A stretch of 64,000 nt of DNA from the human T2T-CHM13v2.0 reference genome, Homo sapiens: assembly GCF_009914755.1 (NCBI RefSeq), contig NC_060925.1. One strand, written 5' to 3'. Below are positions 15,046 through 35,670 of this stretch, piece after piece. The stretch's first letter is position 1. Every line of letters begins with the position of its first letter. Under the pieces are notes generated by a model. The model searched no databases. It was given only the letters and a program-made list of their open reading frames with translations, and was not told the origin of the DNA. Both the position numbers and the translations under genes were made by a program.

Positions 15046-16689
15046 TGTCTGTATTTTAATTATTTGTGTACATAACTTGTCTCTTAGAGAAGAGAGCACT
15101 TAAAAGAGCACGAGGTAGGTACATAGTAAACATTTGGCAGGAAGAAGAGGGAGGAAACACGATAGACACATAGGAATGACAGAAAGCAGATAATAAAAGC
15201 ATAAAAATCAGGTAGGAGGGATGAGAGATTAGGAACCAACTTGGTAAGGAAAAGGTATTTATACGCCCGGCTTTAGATATGATGAGTTTGAGGTAAATAG
15301 TAAGACACCCAATTTGATGATCTGATGAGTACCTGGGAAGACAGTCATCTAAAAGAGTGCCAGAGCTAAGCACTGGAGATGAAGTTTGCTGCTTGAATTT
15401 CCCCTACATTAGAACAAAGGGAGAAAAATGGCAAGGGAAGAACAGAAGAGATCCTCTTAGCCAAAAACAACTATTTTCTAAAAATCTACCAAAGCACACT
15501 TCGAGGTCCGAAACCAGGCTTGAGATTGAGGCCAAGGGACGCTAGTGGAAACGGCCACATTCTGCACATTCCTGCAGGCCTCATCCTCCTGGGCTCACAG
15601 CTGGGCTGTCTGAGCTGCGTGGGGTGGACGGTGAGGTCAGATGCAAAGGGGCTTCTTTTCTCCCTCTTGCAAAATCAGGGCGTGCTCAGCTGACAGCCAT
15701 GAGTGAATCAGCTCAGATTTCCATTCAGTTTCCGAGCAGACGGCAAGTGCTTCCCAAACACACCCCATTGAGAAGCTCTGCTCCAGGACAGCACTTCTAA
15801 AGCAGGTTTTTGTCATTTGGTACTAAGTGGCCCTCCCTAGAAGGGGAATGTTCGTGACACCAGCCCTAGCTGAGTTCCAGAAAAGTTTATTACAGAGCTG
15901 TGATTTCAGTCTACAAAACTGTGAACTCATTTCCTCTTGGACTGAGAATGTTCTGCTTTGGTCAAGAGAAAAACGTCTCCCCATGTTGAGTAATCTTGGT
16001 TGAGGTTGTAATCAGCAGCCTCTAATGTGAACACTGAGCAGTTCTGAGCCATGTTTGTGCTTGATGAGTGTGTTGATTCACTCCCATGAACTCTGAAAAC
16101 TGTGAATGTCATTCATCCATTCATTCAGGCAGCAGAGACTGTGCTAGTGGCTGGGCCATAAACTTACAGCAGAATGGGGCCTTACCCTCAAGGAACTTGT
16201 AGATGCTGGTGGGGAGGAGGTAGTAAATGCCAAAATGTTATCAAATTCTATACTAGTTTAGAGGAGATTACTTTCTCCTGGCAACTTGGAAGAGCTCTGA
16301 AGGGAAGGGGATTTTACCTGGGCAATGAAGGAGAGGTGGGGTTTGGAAGGGCACTGATTGAGCTAAAAGGTGAACCTGCAGGTGCCCTTGGCAGCCCCTC
16401 CTCAATAATCTACAGAAGCCACCATCTAGGGCAGCTCAGTCTACTCCAGACCTTTCTTTAGAAGTAGAGAGGAATATAACAGGGAGCTGGTCAAGAGTAT
16501 TCAGTGCCTGTGAAGACACAGTGGTTGGGAGCATGGGTTTGAGAGTCTGAATAGATGGCAATGTCTAATCCATGCACTGGCACTTGCTCATTTCATGGGC
16601 AGTTGACTTAACCTCTTAGCCTCACCATTGTCAGCTAAAAAATGAGGATGATACTAGTTTGCAAGACTTCTGTAAAGAACAAGAGAGCT

Positions 16690-17106
<417 letters not shown>

Positions 17107-17899
17107 TTAAATGCAAAGATCTGTGAAAGATACACATGAGATTTCAGTTCTTTCCCTCTTAAAAGGGGAGAGAGGATAGATCTGATTGAGAGATAATGTC
17201 ATACCTGTATTATGTCATAAGGATCTTATATCCTGTCCCTTCCTGATGGTGTGGCTGTGAGCAAAACATCAATATTCAATTTGTCTAGTGACTTAATGTG
17301 ACTCCTTGCTATTGAAAGGAAAATGGAGTCGCTCTCATTGGCCCCTCTTCTTCATTGCCCAGTTCAGCTGCAGAAACCCTCAAAGTGCTGCCCTCAACTT
17401 TGGGAGGTGACCCAGAGGGGACACCTCCCCCCCACCCCCAAGACCCCAAAGCAAACTCTGGGGCAGGGGGTACTGTGCAGACTGCCTCCCAGTTTGTAGT
17501 CAGGGAAAGCGGTTTCACATCTTCACGTGCTGGATTTCTCCTGATTTCTCCAGAGGAACTAGTGACACGTGTCTGATCTCCTCAGCTTTGACATGTTTCT
17601 CTTACATTTTACAGAAGAGTCACACGCCCCCAGTGCCGTTAGCACACAGTCAGGTCTCATCTCGTCATTGGTCTCATCCCACAGGGGTTGACAGGACCTG
17701 CCACAGTGAATGGGCATGGCGCTGCTCACACGAAATTGAACGGCAGGGCAGCCAAGTTCCCCTTTGCAGGTGCCGTGCTATCTTCAGCTATGCCGTCTCT
17801 TTCATTACAGGGGAAGGCGTTTAACAACTCGGGGGTGAAGCCTGGTGGACAGCGGCAGGGACATCATAAATACAGAAGATAATTTTAAAGAAGTGTTCC

Positions 17900-18233
<334 letters not shown>

Positions 18234-18622
18234 TCACTCAAGAGGCATCTGCTAAATACCTACCATGGTGCCAGACTCTAGGAATCTGTGGGGCAGTGTG
18301 GACTTCAGTTAGCGCTATGTACGCCTGGAGGAAAATTCAGTGAGGGGACATGTCTGTGGGTACAGAGTGGCAGGCAGGCCAAAGCCTAGATTAATTCACA
18401 GTTCTCTAGATTTTCCAGGGCCAAACTTTTGGTCCAGTAAGCAATTTACCAGACTCCATGGAAGGGGTGAAGGGGGAAAAAAGTTCACTGGCCACATCAG
18501 TGATTATGTCGATCACGACCAGTGGCTGCTTGAAGTTGAGGGCACACAGCTCTGGGTTAGGGAGTGGCTTTCTTCGTGTAAAGGAGCTTTGGGACTTCAG
18601 AGGTTAGTGGTTGCATCAATAT

Positions 18623-18664
18623 TCAGACGAGGTCAGGCGTGTTCAGAGTGGTGTGGCTGTAAGC
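18623..18664 (-). pseudogene. Tailless 5S rRNA 5' fragment (nt 1-42)
   Basis: Minus strand GCTTACAGCCACACCACTCTGAACACGCCTGACCTCGTCTGA matches 5S nt 1-42 at 34/42; flanked by catcRatattc direct repeats. Confidence 0.8.
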
Positions 18665-19706
18665 AAAACATCGATATTCCAAAGGAAGCCTTCAACAATA
18701 GGTCAGGAGATGGGCCGGGCTACAGGACACAAGGGACAACTCAAAAGGTACAGCTAATAGAGGGAAAATTCTAATGCCTTTCTCCTGATTGCCGGAACCC
18801 ACTTCAGGTTGACTGAGGGAAGCAACAGCAAACAGCTAAGTTTGGGACATTTTTGAACTGAGCTGAAGGACTGTAGAGAGATATGAGCACCTCAGTGACT
18901 GCAGTGGGTGGCCGGCAGAGTGCTGGAAAATGTTGGAGGTTGGCACCTTTCTACTGTTCGGGGTGTGTTTATTTTCAGGCTTCTGGGCTCAGTTTTGAGA
19001 CGTGATAGAAAAATAATATACAAAAGCCTGTGTTTGGGCAAAGGAACAGAAGTCGGTGTTTTTGTTTTCAAATAGACATTTTAACATCTCTTCAAAAGCA
19101 TAACTTTATCTCAAATGTAATTGGGGAGGTGCTAGAATTAATTAATAGTTATCCTAGAGTTTGTTCTATAGGGGAAAACCAGAGCTTCCCAGAATATGAA
19201 TTTTAAAAATATTCTGCTTCTCAATAGCCACAAGTCATTCCAACACCATTTCGTCATCCATCTACAAAGACATTTATTTGCACATTTAGACACTAGGGCA
19301 GCGCAAGATGCTACAAAACACTGAGCAACGTGAAAGACCCTTTTAATCTGTTGACTAATACCCTGGGTTTCCTTTGAAAATCCCGAGGGTAACTCAGCTT
19401 GTATCTTGTTTACTTTAAAAATCAGCATCACCAGTTCAAGATAAAATGCTGTAGAAACGGCTTCTCCAGCGTTCAGATTAGGGAGCTGCAGGTCTGCAGA
19501 AATAGGAGTGGAAGAAACTTCTCACTCACGTCAAGATGGAAACAGCACAGGAGCTCTTTAGCTAAATTTTATGTAGAGGACTTAACGAGAGGAAGTCCCC
19601 ATCTAGACTCAGCATCGCAAAGGGGCAGCCTTCTTTGTTCAGTAGATCTGTTTCTACTCTAAATGTTGTTTGTCAGTAGAGCTGTAACAGGTGGTAAAAT
19701 GAATTC

Positions 19707-20300
<594 letters not shown>

Positions 20301-20918
20301 CGCATTTATTTCTGATCCTCAGTGGGTAATGACTTCAAATGCTCCCCAGCCATCACCTGTCCAGTTCTTATCCCTCCTCACTGCCAAGGTCCTGGTATAA
20401 GCACCAACCCCTCTCCACTGTCTTTCTTAGATAACAGAAAGAATCTAAGCTTCTCCCTGCTTCAGCCTGATCCTGGCACCTTCCCTGATACACACACACT
20501 ATTCACTTACTTGACTTAGAGTGGCCTCTGGGACTCAACTGAGGTCATCCCCTCCTCAACATCTCCTGGCTTCCCTTCACACGCCAAATGCAACTGAAAC
20601 CCCATCCTTAAAACAGTTCTACCGAACCACCGCTCCACACCTCTCAGCCCCATCTCTGTCCTCCTCAGCCCCTCCACCTGGCCACACTGACCATCCTCCC
20701 TCCCGTGCAGCGCCCCATGCTCGTTCTGGGCTTTGGGGTTAGTTAGCACCAGCTGTTCCCCTATCTGGAACTCACCCATTCACTCAACAGCTACTTACCG
20801 AGTGCCTGGTATGTGCCAGGGATTTCAGACATTGTGGACATTGAGATGAGGCAGCCTTTATCAAGCTTATATTCCAGTAGGACAGACAAGTAGCGAGCAG
20901 GTAGCAGGGTGGGGGTAA

Positions 20919-21632
<714 letters not shown>

Positions 21633-22342
21633 ATAGCTTATCTGATGTGTTGCTTATTTTTTTATGGTGACCCCACCCCACTCCAAGAGTACTCTAGTCC
21701 TTAAGAGTGGAGATCTTCCTTACCTATTCACTTCTCTGTCTCTAGTGATGAGAATGTGGCCCAGCTCTTGGCAGGTGCTTGGTAAATATTTGTGGAAGGA
21801 ATATAAATGCTGGGAGCTGGGGCTGTAGAGGTGAACTCATGCAGGCTTCAGTCTTGGTTTTTGCTGCTGCCTTAACTTGCACAGTTAAGCGGGGAGAGGG
21901 CTGCTGCTGCTCAAAGCAACACCTCCTTTAGAGTGAGTCATACCTTCCTTCTAACCTGCCATTGCTGAAAGTTTAGATTCGTCCAGATTTCTCCTAGTAA
22001 GGGGACACACTGGAGGAGGTCAAGACTGTGGTCATTAAATAAGACTGGAAGATTCTAACAAGATGGGATTTCATAAGAGGCAGTGAGGTACCAGGGGAAG
22101 CAATTGTTCCTGACTACCAGGAACGTGATTTCTGGGAAGATGAGGATGGCACCTGGGCAGAAGGGGAAGGATCTCAGAACCCAGGGAGGGAGGCAGCAGG
22201 CATTTTAGCCCAAAGCTGCCGGGAGAGCACATCACGAAAATGCACAGCTGCTTTTTAGTTATATGTTGGTGAGTCCAGGGATGCGGTTAGAATATTTGGC
22301 TTTGTGTCCGCTAATGAATCATGAACTTGGCACATCACTTAA

Positions 22343-22915
<573 letters not shown>

Positions 22916-23336
22916 ACCACAGCGCTGTTGTGAAATAAAGTCAGCTGGGAGACGCCATGTAAACCCTACATTGTGAGTAGCAAATGTGAGAGGGTGTTAG
23001 GACAATGAGGTGTCTTCCACGTTAAGTGGAATTTACAATGCTGCGTCAGTGCCAGATCTTGAACGACCCCAAATGCACCTGTTTGAATACTTACTTTTCC
23101 TCCTTGCCCTAAACACTGAGTTTTATTCTAGCTACTCCCTGGTCACTGATTTAACTCAGCAGCTGTCAGCTGATGTGAGGAGGAAGAGGGAGCTTACAGT
23201 GAAGAGAGCACGGATTTAGAAACAGCTTCTGGAGACTCTGCAGACAGAGGGCCCATGTGGAGTGGGGATAGTTGGCAGTGTCCAGGCCACTTAAGCTGGG
23301 CCTTGTGCTAAGTTTCTCCTGTAACTGTGACATAGT

Positions 23337-25825
<2,489 letters not shown>

Positions 25826-27090
25826 CCTGCCTAGCTTTTTTAAAATAATCACAACAACAACAAATTTCAAAGTAAGTGGATCGTTTGCTGCCGCATTTGG
25901 AAACTTCCACTGAGCCGTGTTTGGCTGAGGCTGGGTGTGGCAGGAAAGGGTGTTTATGTGAGCACGCTGGTACACCACTCCAGAACTGAACCTGCAAGCT
26001 AGGTTGTGGGTATTGGTTTATGATGGCAAATTCGTCACTCTACACTTGTAGAAACAATTGTGTGTCTGCACATATGTGCATCCCTGTATGTGTGTGTGTA
26101 TGCGTGTGTGCGTGCATATGTATGCCTGTGCATACATATGTCTTGGGGAAAAGAGGATTGGAAAGTGAAGGCATCCATGATTTGAATTTCAGGAGGAAGG
26201 GGAAAAGACATGAGATGCTGGCTGGAAACTCGGCAGCTGGCCTAGTAGGAACTCTTCACCCAGGGAATCCTTCAGCCAAGATACTAAGAGGGACAATTGG
26301 GGATCTCTTGTTAAAGTTCAGCTTTCCCATGGAGCAAAAAGAATGCTAGGGCGGTGAGACAAAAGACATGCATCTTAATCCTGACTATCATTCATAAAAC
26401 GCCTTTTGTCCATTCAGAGCGATTTTAGTACTTGGCTCTGTGGGCCAAGGGTAGAAAAGAACAAGAAGGAATTTTTATAAAGTTACGCTTTCAATGAACT
26501 GAGCTTTCTATGAAAGAATTCAATCTAATTTCATTGAGCACTTGATTTTTTTTTTTTAAAGCAAGGATTGTTTTAAGTTAGATACACCAAATAAGTAAGT
26601 GATTGTACTAAACCGCTCCAGAAAACGTTTTTAAAATTGATGATTTGTTAACTAAGTTCAAACCAGGTGAGGAAGAAATAAAATGGGAAGCTTAGTAAGT
26701 TTTTTAATAAGGACTACTTGTCTGGCAAAGGGATATTTCCCATTGAGCTCAATAAATACACAGTAAGCGTTTGCCTACACCACAAGTCATACATTTTTGT
26801 AGGAGCCAATCACCAACCCTCACCTCTACCCCTACTCCAGCAAAAGGCCACATGGAGAGGCAAACCATTTGCATGCATGGAAATATTCGGTTATTGCTAA
26901 CTGGTAAACCCCTCGCTGTACACCCCCAGATTAAAAAAATGTGTAGGTAGCTCATCCAAAGCCATCTCTACTGGATTAGGACTCTAGAATAAAAGAGCAG
27001 GCTCATAGAACAAGTGAACTAACTTCAGAGGCTTCCTCTAGGCATCAAAGAAGCTATAATCAAATATTTATTAGCTGTGCCTCTGGCTGG

Positions 27091-27214
27091 GCTGTCTAAG
27101 CAGTGGGGAGAATAAGGTATCTTAAGGCAAGGAATGGATTGCTGATATAAGTGCTGTCTAAGCAGTGGGGAGAATAAGGTATCTTAAGGCAAGGAATGGA
27201 TTGCTAATGTAAGT
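27091..27214. repeat. 62-bp tandem duplication
   Basis: Two copies starting at 27091 and 27153, 2 mismatches. Confidence 0.95.
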
Positions 27215-27455
27215 GCTGCCTAGAGACAAACAAACATCTGCTCTTTCATTACACAAAGAAATTTCCAAGCACCTCCCTCCCCCTCGCTCCTGGGATGTGT
27301 ATGCTTGTTTATTTTGCAACTGTATTTAGTCATGGAATTTCCAGAACCACTGGAGTTTAGGGAAGAAGCCCATGGCCAGTGAGTCACATTTTTAATGCAC
27401 AAAGAGGGTTGTTTGGTGATTTTTGGAGATGATAATTGAGCATGGTCATGACTAG

Positions 27456-28612
<1,157 letters not shown>

Positions 28613-29112
28613 AAAAATTAATTTGAAAAGGTAGAGAAAAAAATAAAAAAATAAAAAGATGGAGACCCCGCTTTTGCATCGGGTCTGCAAAGGGGTGTGT
28701 TTAGAAATCTTTCCTGTTGACTCTAATTTAGAGTTTTTAGGTCCAGATGAATATATTAATTCATCATATGAAATGACACCAGGAAGAATCTGGTTCCTTA
28801 TTGAAAAGGAAAGATGTACGTCCCCTGTCCAGGCCACCTCGATGGGGCCCCAGGGAGGGGCTGGCTGCTCTACCTTTTAATGTTTTCATTTTCCTTTGCT
28901 TTGCAACGGAGATAACCAGGGTGTTGATGTGTCAGAAGTGCTGCAAGGAGAATGGTTTGGTTTCTGGCACCACAGTAAGCCACAAAAAGGACCAAAAATA
29001 AAACAAAAATTTCCAAAAGAAATGGAAAAGAAAATAATCCGAATGTAGCCGACAAGTTGGGTCTGCTTATGCAATTTCCACCTTAAGCTCTGACTCAATC
29101 TTTCTTCTTCAG

Positions 29113-29246
29113 CCAGCACAGGCCAGCCAGAAGATGACACTGAGACTACAGGTTTGGAAGGCGGCGTTGCCATGCCAGGTGCCGAAGATGATGTGGTGAC
29201 TCCAGGAACCAGCGAAGACCGCTATAAGTCTGGCTTGACAACTCTG
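29113..29246 (+). CDS. PDPN: Podoplanin exon 2 (PLAG1-3 domains, EDDVVTPG with Thr52)
   Basis: Acceptor tttcttcttcAG|; encodes ASTGQPEDDTETTGLEGGVAMPGAEDDVVTPGTSEDRYKSGLTTL; donor CTG|GTCAGT; 134 nt. Confidence 0.98.
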
Positions 29247-29404
29247 GTCAGTGTCCTGGGAAGAGAGGAATTTTTTCCGTAGGCATGTGATCACATGCAA
29301 GGCTATGATGTATATTAATTTACTTTATATAAAAATATATCTATCTATAAAATCAGCATGAGCCACCATACCAAGGAATAGTTACGTGGCTCAACAAAGA
29401 AGAA

Positions 29405-29564
29405 TAAGTCCTCACTTAATGTTGTTGATAGGTTCTTGGAAACTGTGACTTGAAGCAAAATGACTTAGAAAGAACCAACATTATGTGAGGACCTGCTGCA
29501 CGTCATTTTCCTTAAAGTCGCAGTTTCCAAGAATCTATCAACAACGTTAAGTGAGGAGTTACTG
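29405..29564. mobile_element. Tigger-type MITE (MER82-like), internally deleted
   Basis: 60-bp inverted arms 29405-29464 and 29502-29561. Confidence 0.75.
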
Positions 29565-29749
29565 TCTTTCCCAATTTCGTCCACTTAGCTGGTGTGCTGA
29601 TCACAGGTGGTTGGAGAGTAGAAGCCAGAGCTTCTCAAATTGGTAAAAGGAGCCAGGATTTTACATTTCCAATCTGTTACAGCCCAACTTTCAATACAAT
29701 GAAAGTTTTCTTGGGTGTTGTGGCAATGTCATTGCTATAAAGGGTTCTA

Positions 29750-30071
<322 letters not shown>

Positions 30072-30552
30072 TCAGTCTCAATTTGTTTTCTCACTATAGA
30101 CTGGTAATAAACAGGACTAGAATCAGTCCACAGACCACAAGATGATAGACTATTTAGCCTCTCGACCAACACATTCTTAACCTGATGAATTTTAATTAAC
30201 TCCTCATATGTGTTACATACCTACCATAGACAAGAGAAGGTGCCAGGCATTGGGAGGGATTGAGGAGGTCAATGAGCCACATCCTCGACCTTTGAGGGAA
30301 TCTATGATTTCTTTGGTAACAGAACGGAGGTTCCTGCCTGCCTATCTGACCTGTACACCAGCATCTCCTTAACTTTCTCTTTTTCTGCCATCTTGGCCTT
30401 TCTGACCTTTGAACACACTAAGCTTGTTCCAACTTAGGCTTTGGTTTTCTCTGCCTAGAACACTGCCCAGATCTTTCCATGGCTGACTTTTCCTTATAAT
30501 TCTCAAGTTTGATGCCATCTCAAACAGCCTAAAGTAATCTCACCCCCACATC

Positions 30553-30841
30553 TGTTGGAAGTAAAGCTCAGAGTCGCAGAGAAAACGAACACTTAAACAA
30601 AAGATTTTTCACCAAGGCAAATTTATTTCTGTAGAAGGTTGTTTCTCGCAGGACTGGTTGTCACAAGAGCACACCGAACAAAGGCGGGAAAGGGTTTTTT
30701 TATTCTTAATGCAGTTTGTCCCTACTACTGTGTCCATTGGCTGGAGTTGGACAGCACAATTTAAACTGAGCCCGATTGGCTAACTTGAAAGACAGTTTTG
30801 GCGGGAAGAGTCGTTACAGCGGGAGGGGTAAATTACAGAAC
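30553..30841 (-). mobile_element. Truncated ERV1-class LTR (MER61-like)
   Basis: Terminal TG (CA on -) at 30553; minus-strand AATAAA and CCAAT boxes; resembles the recalled MER61 consensus. Confidence 0.6.
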
Positions 30842-30937
30842 GGCTGACTTTTTCTTACGCATCTCAAGGTTGATGCCATCTCAAACAGCCTAAAGTAGTC
30901 TCACCCTCACCTCCATCAGAAGTCACCCTCTAGCCCT

Positions 30938-31145
30938 TAGGTCAGCAAACTACCCACCAGATTTGGCCCGCCCACTGTGTTTGTAAATGAAGTTTTATTG
31001 GAACACAGCAATGCCCATTCAGTTGAGAATTGTCTGGCTGCTTTCCTACTGTAAGAGTAGAGTTGATTAGTTAGAATAGAGACTGTGTGGCCTGGACAGC
31101 TGAAATATTTATCCATCTGGCCCTTTACAGAATAAATTTTCCTAA
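30938..31145. mobile_element. MER58A (hAT-Charlie)
   Basis: tttgtaaatgaagttttattggaacacagc...atattt...tctggccctttacagaa. Confidence 0.8.
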
Positions 31146-31370
31146 GGCTAGTCTAGTCTAGTCTAGACAAGGCTAGCTTGTATTTCTTTCAAAGCACTCA
31201 AAATCATATCAAACCACCCTTTGTACTTATTTACCTACTAAATGTTCATATTCTGCTACCCCACCCCAGAATGCCAGCTTCAAGAGAGCAGAGAATTTAT
31301 ATTATTCACATTATAGTCCCAGGGCTTGGAACCATGCTGGGCCCATAGGAGGTGCTCATTAGCATATGTT

Positions 31371-32160
<790 letters not shown>

Positions 32161-32326
32161 CGTCTCTTCAAGATCTAATTGTTCTGTTCATTTTCTTCTA
32201 CTTGCAATTCATGCCATCATATGTTCCATATTTTTATGCCACCTTAAATCCTTTTATAAGGCAGGGTATATATTTTAAAGACAGTAGGCTTTATTTCCTG
32301 TTTTTCCTCATTTACACCTACAATAG

Positions 32327-32456
32327 GTGGCAACAAGTGTCAACAGTGTAACAGGCATTCGCATCGAGGATCTGCCAACTTCAGAAAGCACAGTCCACGC
32401 GCAAGAACAAAGTCCAAGCGCCACAGCCTCAAACGTGGCCACCAGTCACTCCACGG
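32327..32456 (+). CDS. PDPN: Podoplanin exon 3 (PLAG4 EDLPT, Ser/Thr-rich mucin stalk)
   Basis: Acceptor caatAG|; encodes VATSVNSVTGIRIEDLPTSESTVHAQEQSPSATASNVATSHST; donor G|GTAAGA; 130 nt. Confidence 0.98.
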
Positions 32457-32880
32457 GTAAGAAAACCAGCCACCTCCATGGGGGCTGATCTACTTTTGCA
32501 TAATTGGTGCATTCCAAAGTCCATCAACAAATATAATAATCAATAGGGGGCATATTGGGATGCAAGAGTGACTTCTGAACCAAGCTTTATATGGTAGGTT
32601 CAGAATTCTATTTCAATTGATACATTTGGTTTAGTGGGTTGCTGAACGTACCTCTCTACCTAGAATAACTAGTGATAACACCTGCACAGGGTGAGTTAAG
32701 TAGCTACTGAGATTGCATGGCGGACCCCAAGTGGATAGAATGTGACGTGAAGAACTTTGTGTTGACACCCAAGGGCACGACACTCAGCCATCCTCTGTAA
32801 ATCTTAATAGATTCTATATGAATACTTAGCACGTTACCTTGAGTTCATGTCTGCATGCATGGTGCAAGAATCTGTTCTCC

Positions 32881-33684
<804 letters not shown>

Positions 33685-35631
33685 GTGTTGGCGGGGAGTG
33701 GGGGGAACCTTATAAAGGGCTTTGAGATAAAACCTGAAGCTCACTCCAAGCTGTTAAAGAAATGGTTAACATTTAAACACCAGAGAAAGCCAAGTTGAGC
33801 TAAGCAAAGAAAGACTAATCAATATAAATGATCATTGGAAAACATTTCAAAATTTTGGAGAATTGCTCATTTGTAACGTGGGTTGACAGCTAATTAGCAG
33901 CAGAAAATTCTGCCATCCATGTTGAATATTCTGTCATACTTCATACTCCTTTTCTGTTCCTTTAAAAAAATTCTCAGTTGCCTGGGAAGTAACTCATGTT
34001 ACTGTTTCTTCCTGTCCCCTGCCCCACCCTGTCACAAAATTGCCCCTTCCTGTCACAAAAAATTGTGACTGAGTGCACATTCCTACTTAATACATCGTTA
34101 TTCCAAGACATTTTCACATGTGAGCCAAAATGTCATTATAAGCACTCAGTTTTGAAGGGGTAATTTTATTAGGGCAGCAGATGTTCGGTTTTGCTGTGAA
34201 ACACCCAAATACGATGACGTGCACATGTATGATGCATGCTTATGATCACAGTGCCATTGGGAGGGAGATGGGAAATATGGCACTAATAAGCTCTAATTTA
34301 GTAACAAATCCTCCACAAACTTTAGTAATATATTTTCTAACCAATGGTGTCTTTGATAATGGTATATTAAGAGCCTGGAATCAGCTGCCACGTGGTAGGA
34401 CGTGATAAGCAAATGATTGACTTATCTCTTCGGGCAGTTGACTTCTATCAGTGACATTTGGGGAGTTGATTTGATACCGTCTTTGTTCTGGGAAAGCTCA
34501 AATCCAGCCGTGTCCTATATGGTGGGGTAGCACAGTCAGCATGAGCTCTTACGTGCTCTATACCCATGGGCTCAGCTTGTGCAGGGAGTGCTGGTTTCTG
34601 GGACCTCTACCCTGGGGCCATCTTGTGGAGGCGCCTTGTGCTGAGGAGAACCTTGGCACAAAAGGGATGGTTTTCAAACCCAACCATTAGAAAAAGTAGG
34701 CATCTTTTACATGATAGTTGGCTAGTTTTACCACTGATTAGGGAAGCTACTGGATATCTGGGGTATTTTGCAAGCTGTGAACTAAGATTTTAGGGCAGGG
34801 CCTGATTGATGATTAACTTCTCCAATTTCTTATTAAATCAAGGCATCTTGACTTTTTCTCTATCTGCAAACTAGTCAGTAGCCACCACCCAGAGGAGTTA
34901 AGGACTCGTTATATAAAGAGGTCAAGAAGAAAAGACATTTTTATTTTTAAATAGGTTATTGCATAAAATTATTCAAAAGAAACTCACAATGACAGATACT
35001 CACCTTGTAACTATTAGACTGGGTTTGACTGCAGATAGAGACCCTAAAATAACAGTGGCACAAACACAAAGGGTATATTTGCTCATGAAACTTAGCTGGG
35101 CCTATTGTTGCCTTGTAAAAATTTGGATTTTGCTACCAAAGAAGTAGCAGGAAATAGATATTGAGACTAACCACAATCTTGGTCACATCTTCCCAAACTA
35201 AAGTATTAATCTCAAAGTGAGTAATACCTCTTCACAGTCTGTCCCTTCTCTGTGATCTTGACATTGGACTAAGAATCCACAGCTCTGGATTCTTCTGCTA
35301 CCTTAACCTCTGATACTCCTTGATCATTTATTTAAGATCTTTGTGGCTCAGTTTCCTTTACTCTGCTTTCTAAACTATAAAATTAATACGTAGAAAAGTG
35401 CTATGAACCCATTGGTGTGAATAAGGGTTCATAAATTAGATAATAATAGTTACAAAGACAGTGTCACATCGGGGCTTGTTTAAAAATCCCTGGATCCAAT
35501 TTATTTAAGAAGCCATCCTCTTGGTTTATGTTTTGCTGCTTTCCACTTGGGTAAATTCATCTTTTGCCAGTTGTTAAATTATAGTTATTAAACCCTAATA
35601 ATTCTACATTATTATATCTTTCTATTCACAG

Positions 35632-35670
35632 AGAAAGTGGATGGAGACACACAGACAACAGTTGAGAAAG
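35632..35670 (+). CDS. PDPN: Podoplanin exon 4 (EKVDGDTQTTVEK)
   Basis: Acceptor ttcacAG|; donor AAG|GTAGGC; 39 nt, phase 1-1; continues the frame. Confidence 0.97.

Noticed and set aside
29114-29116. Second CAG 4 nt into exon 2 as alternative acceptor
   Set aside because: Would frameshift and has no supporting evidence in the sequence.
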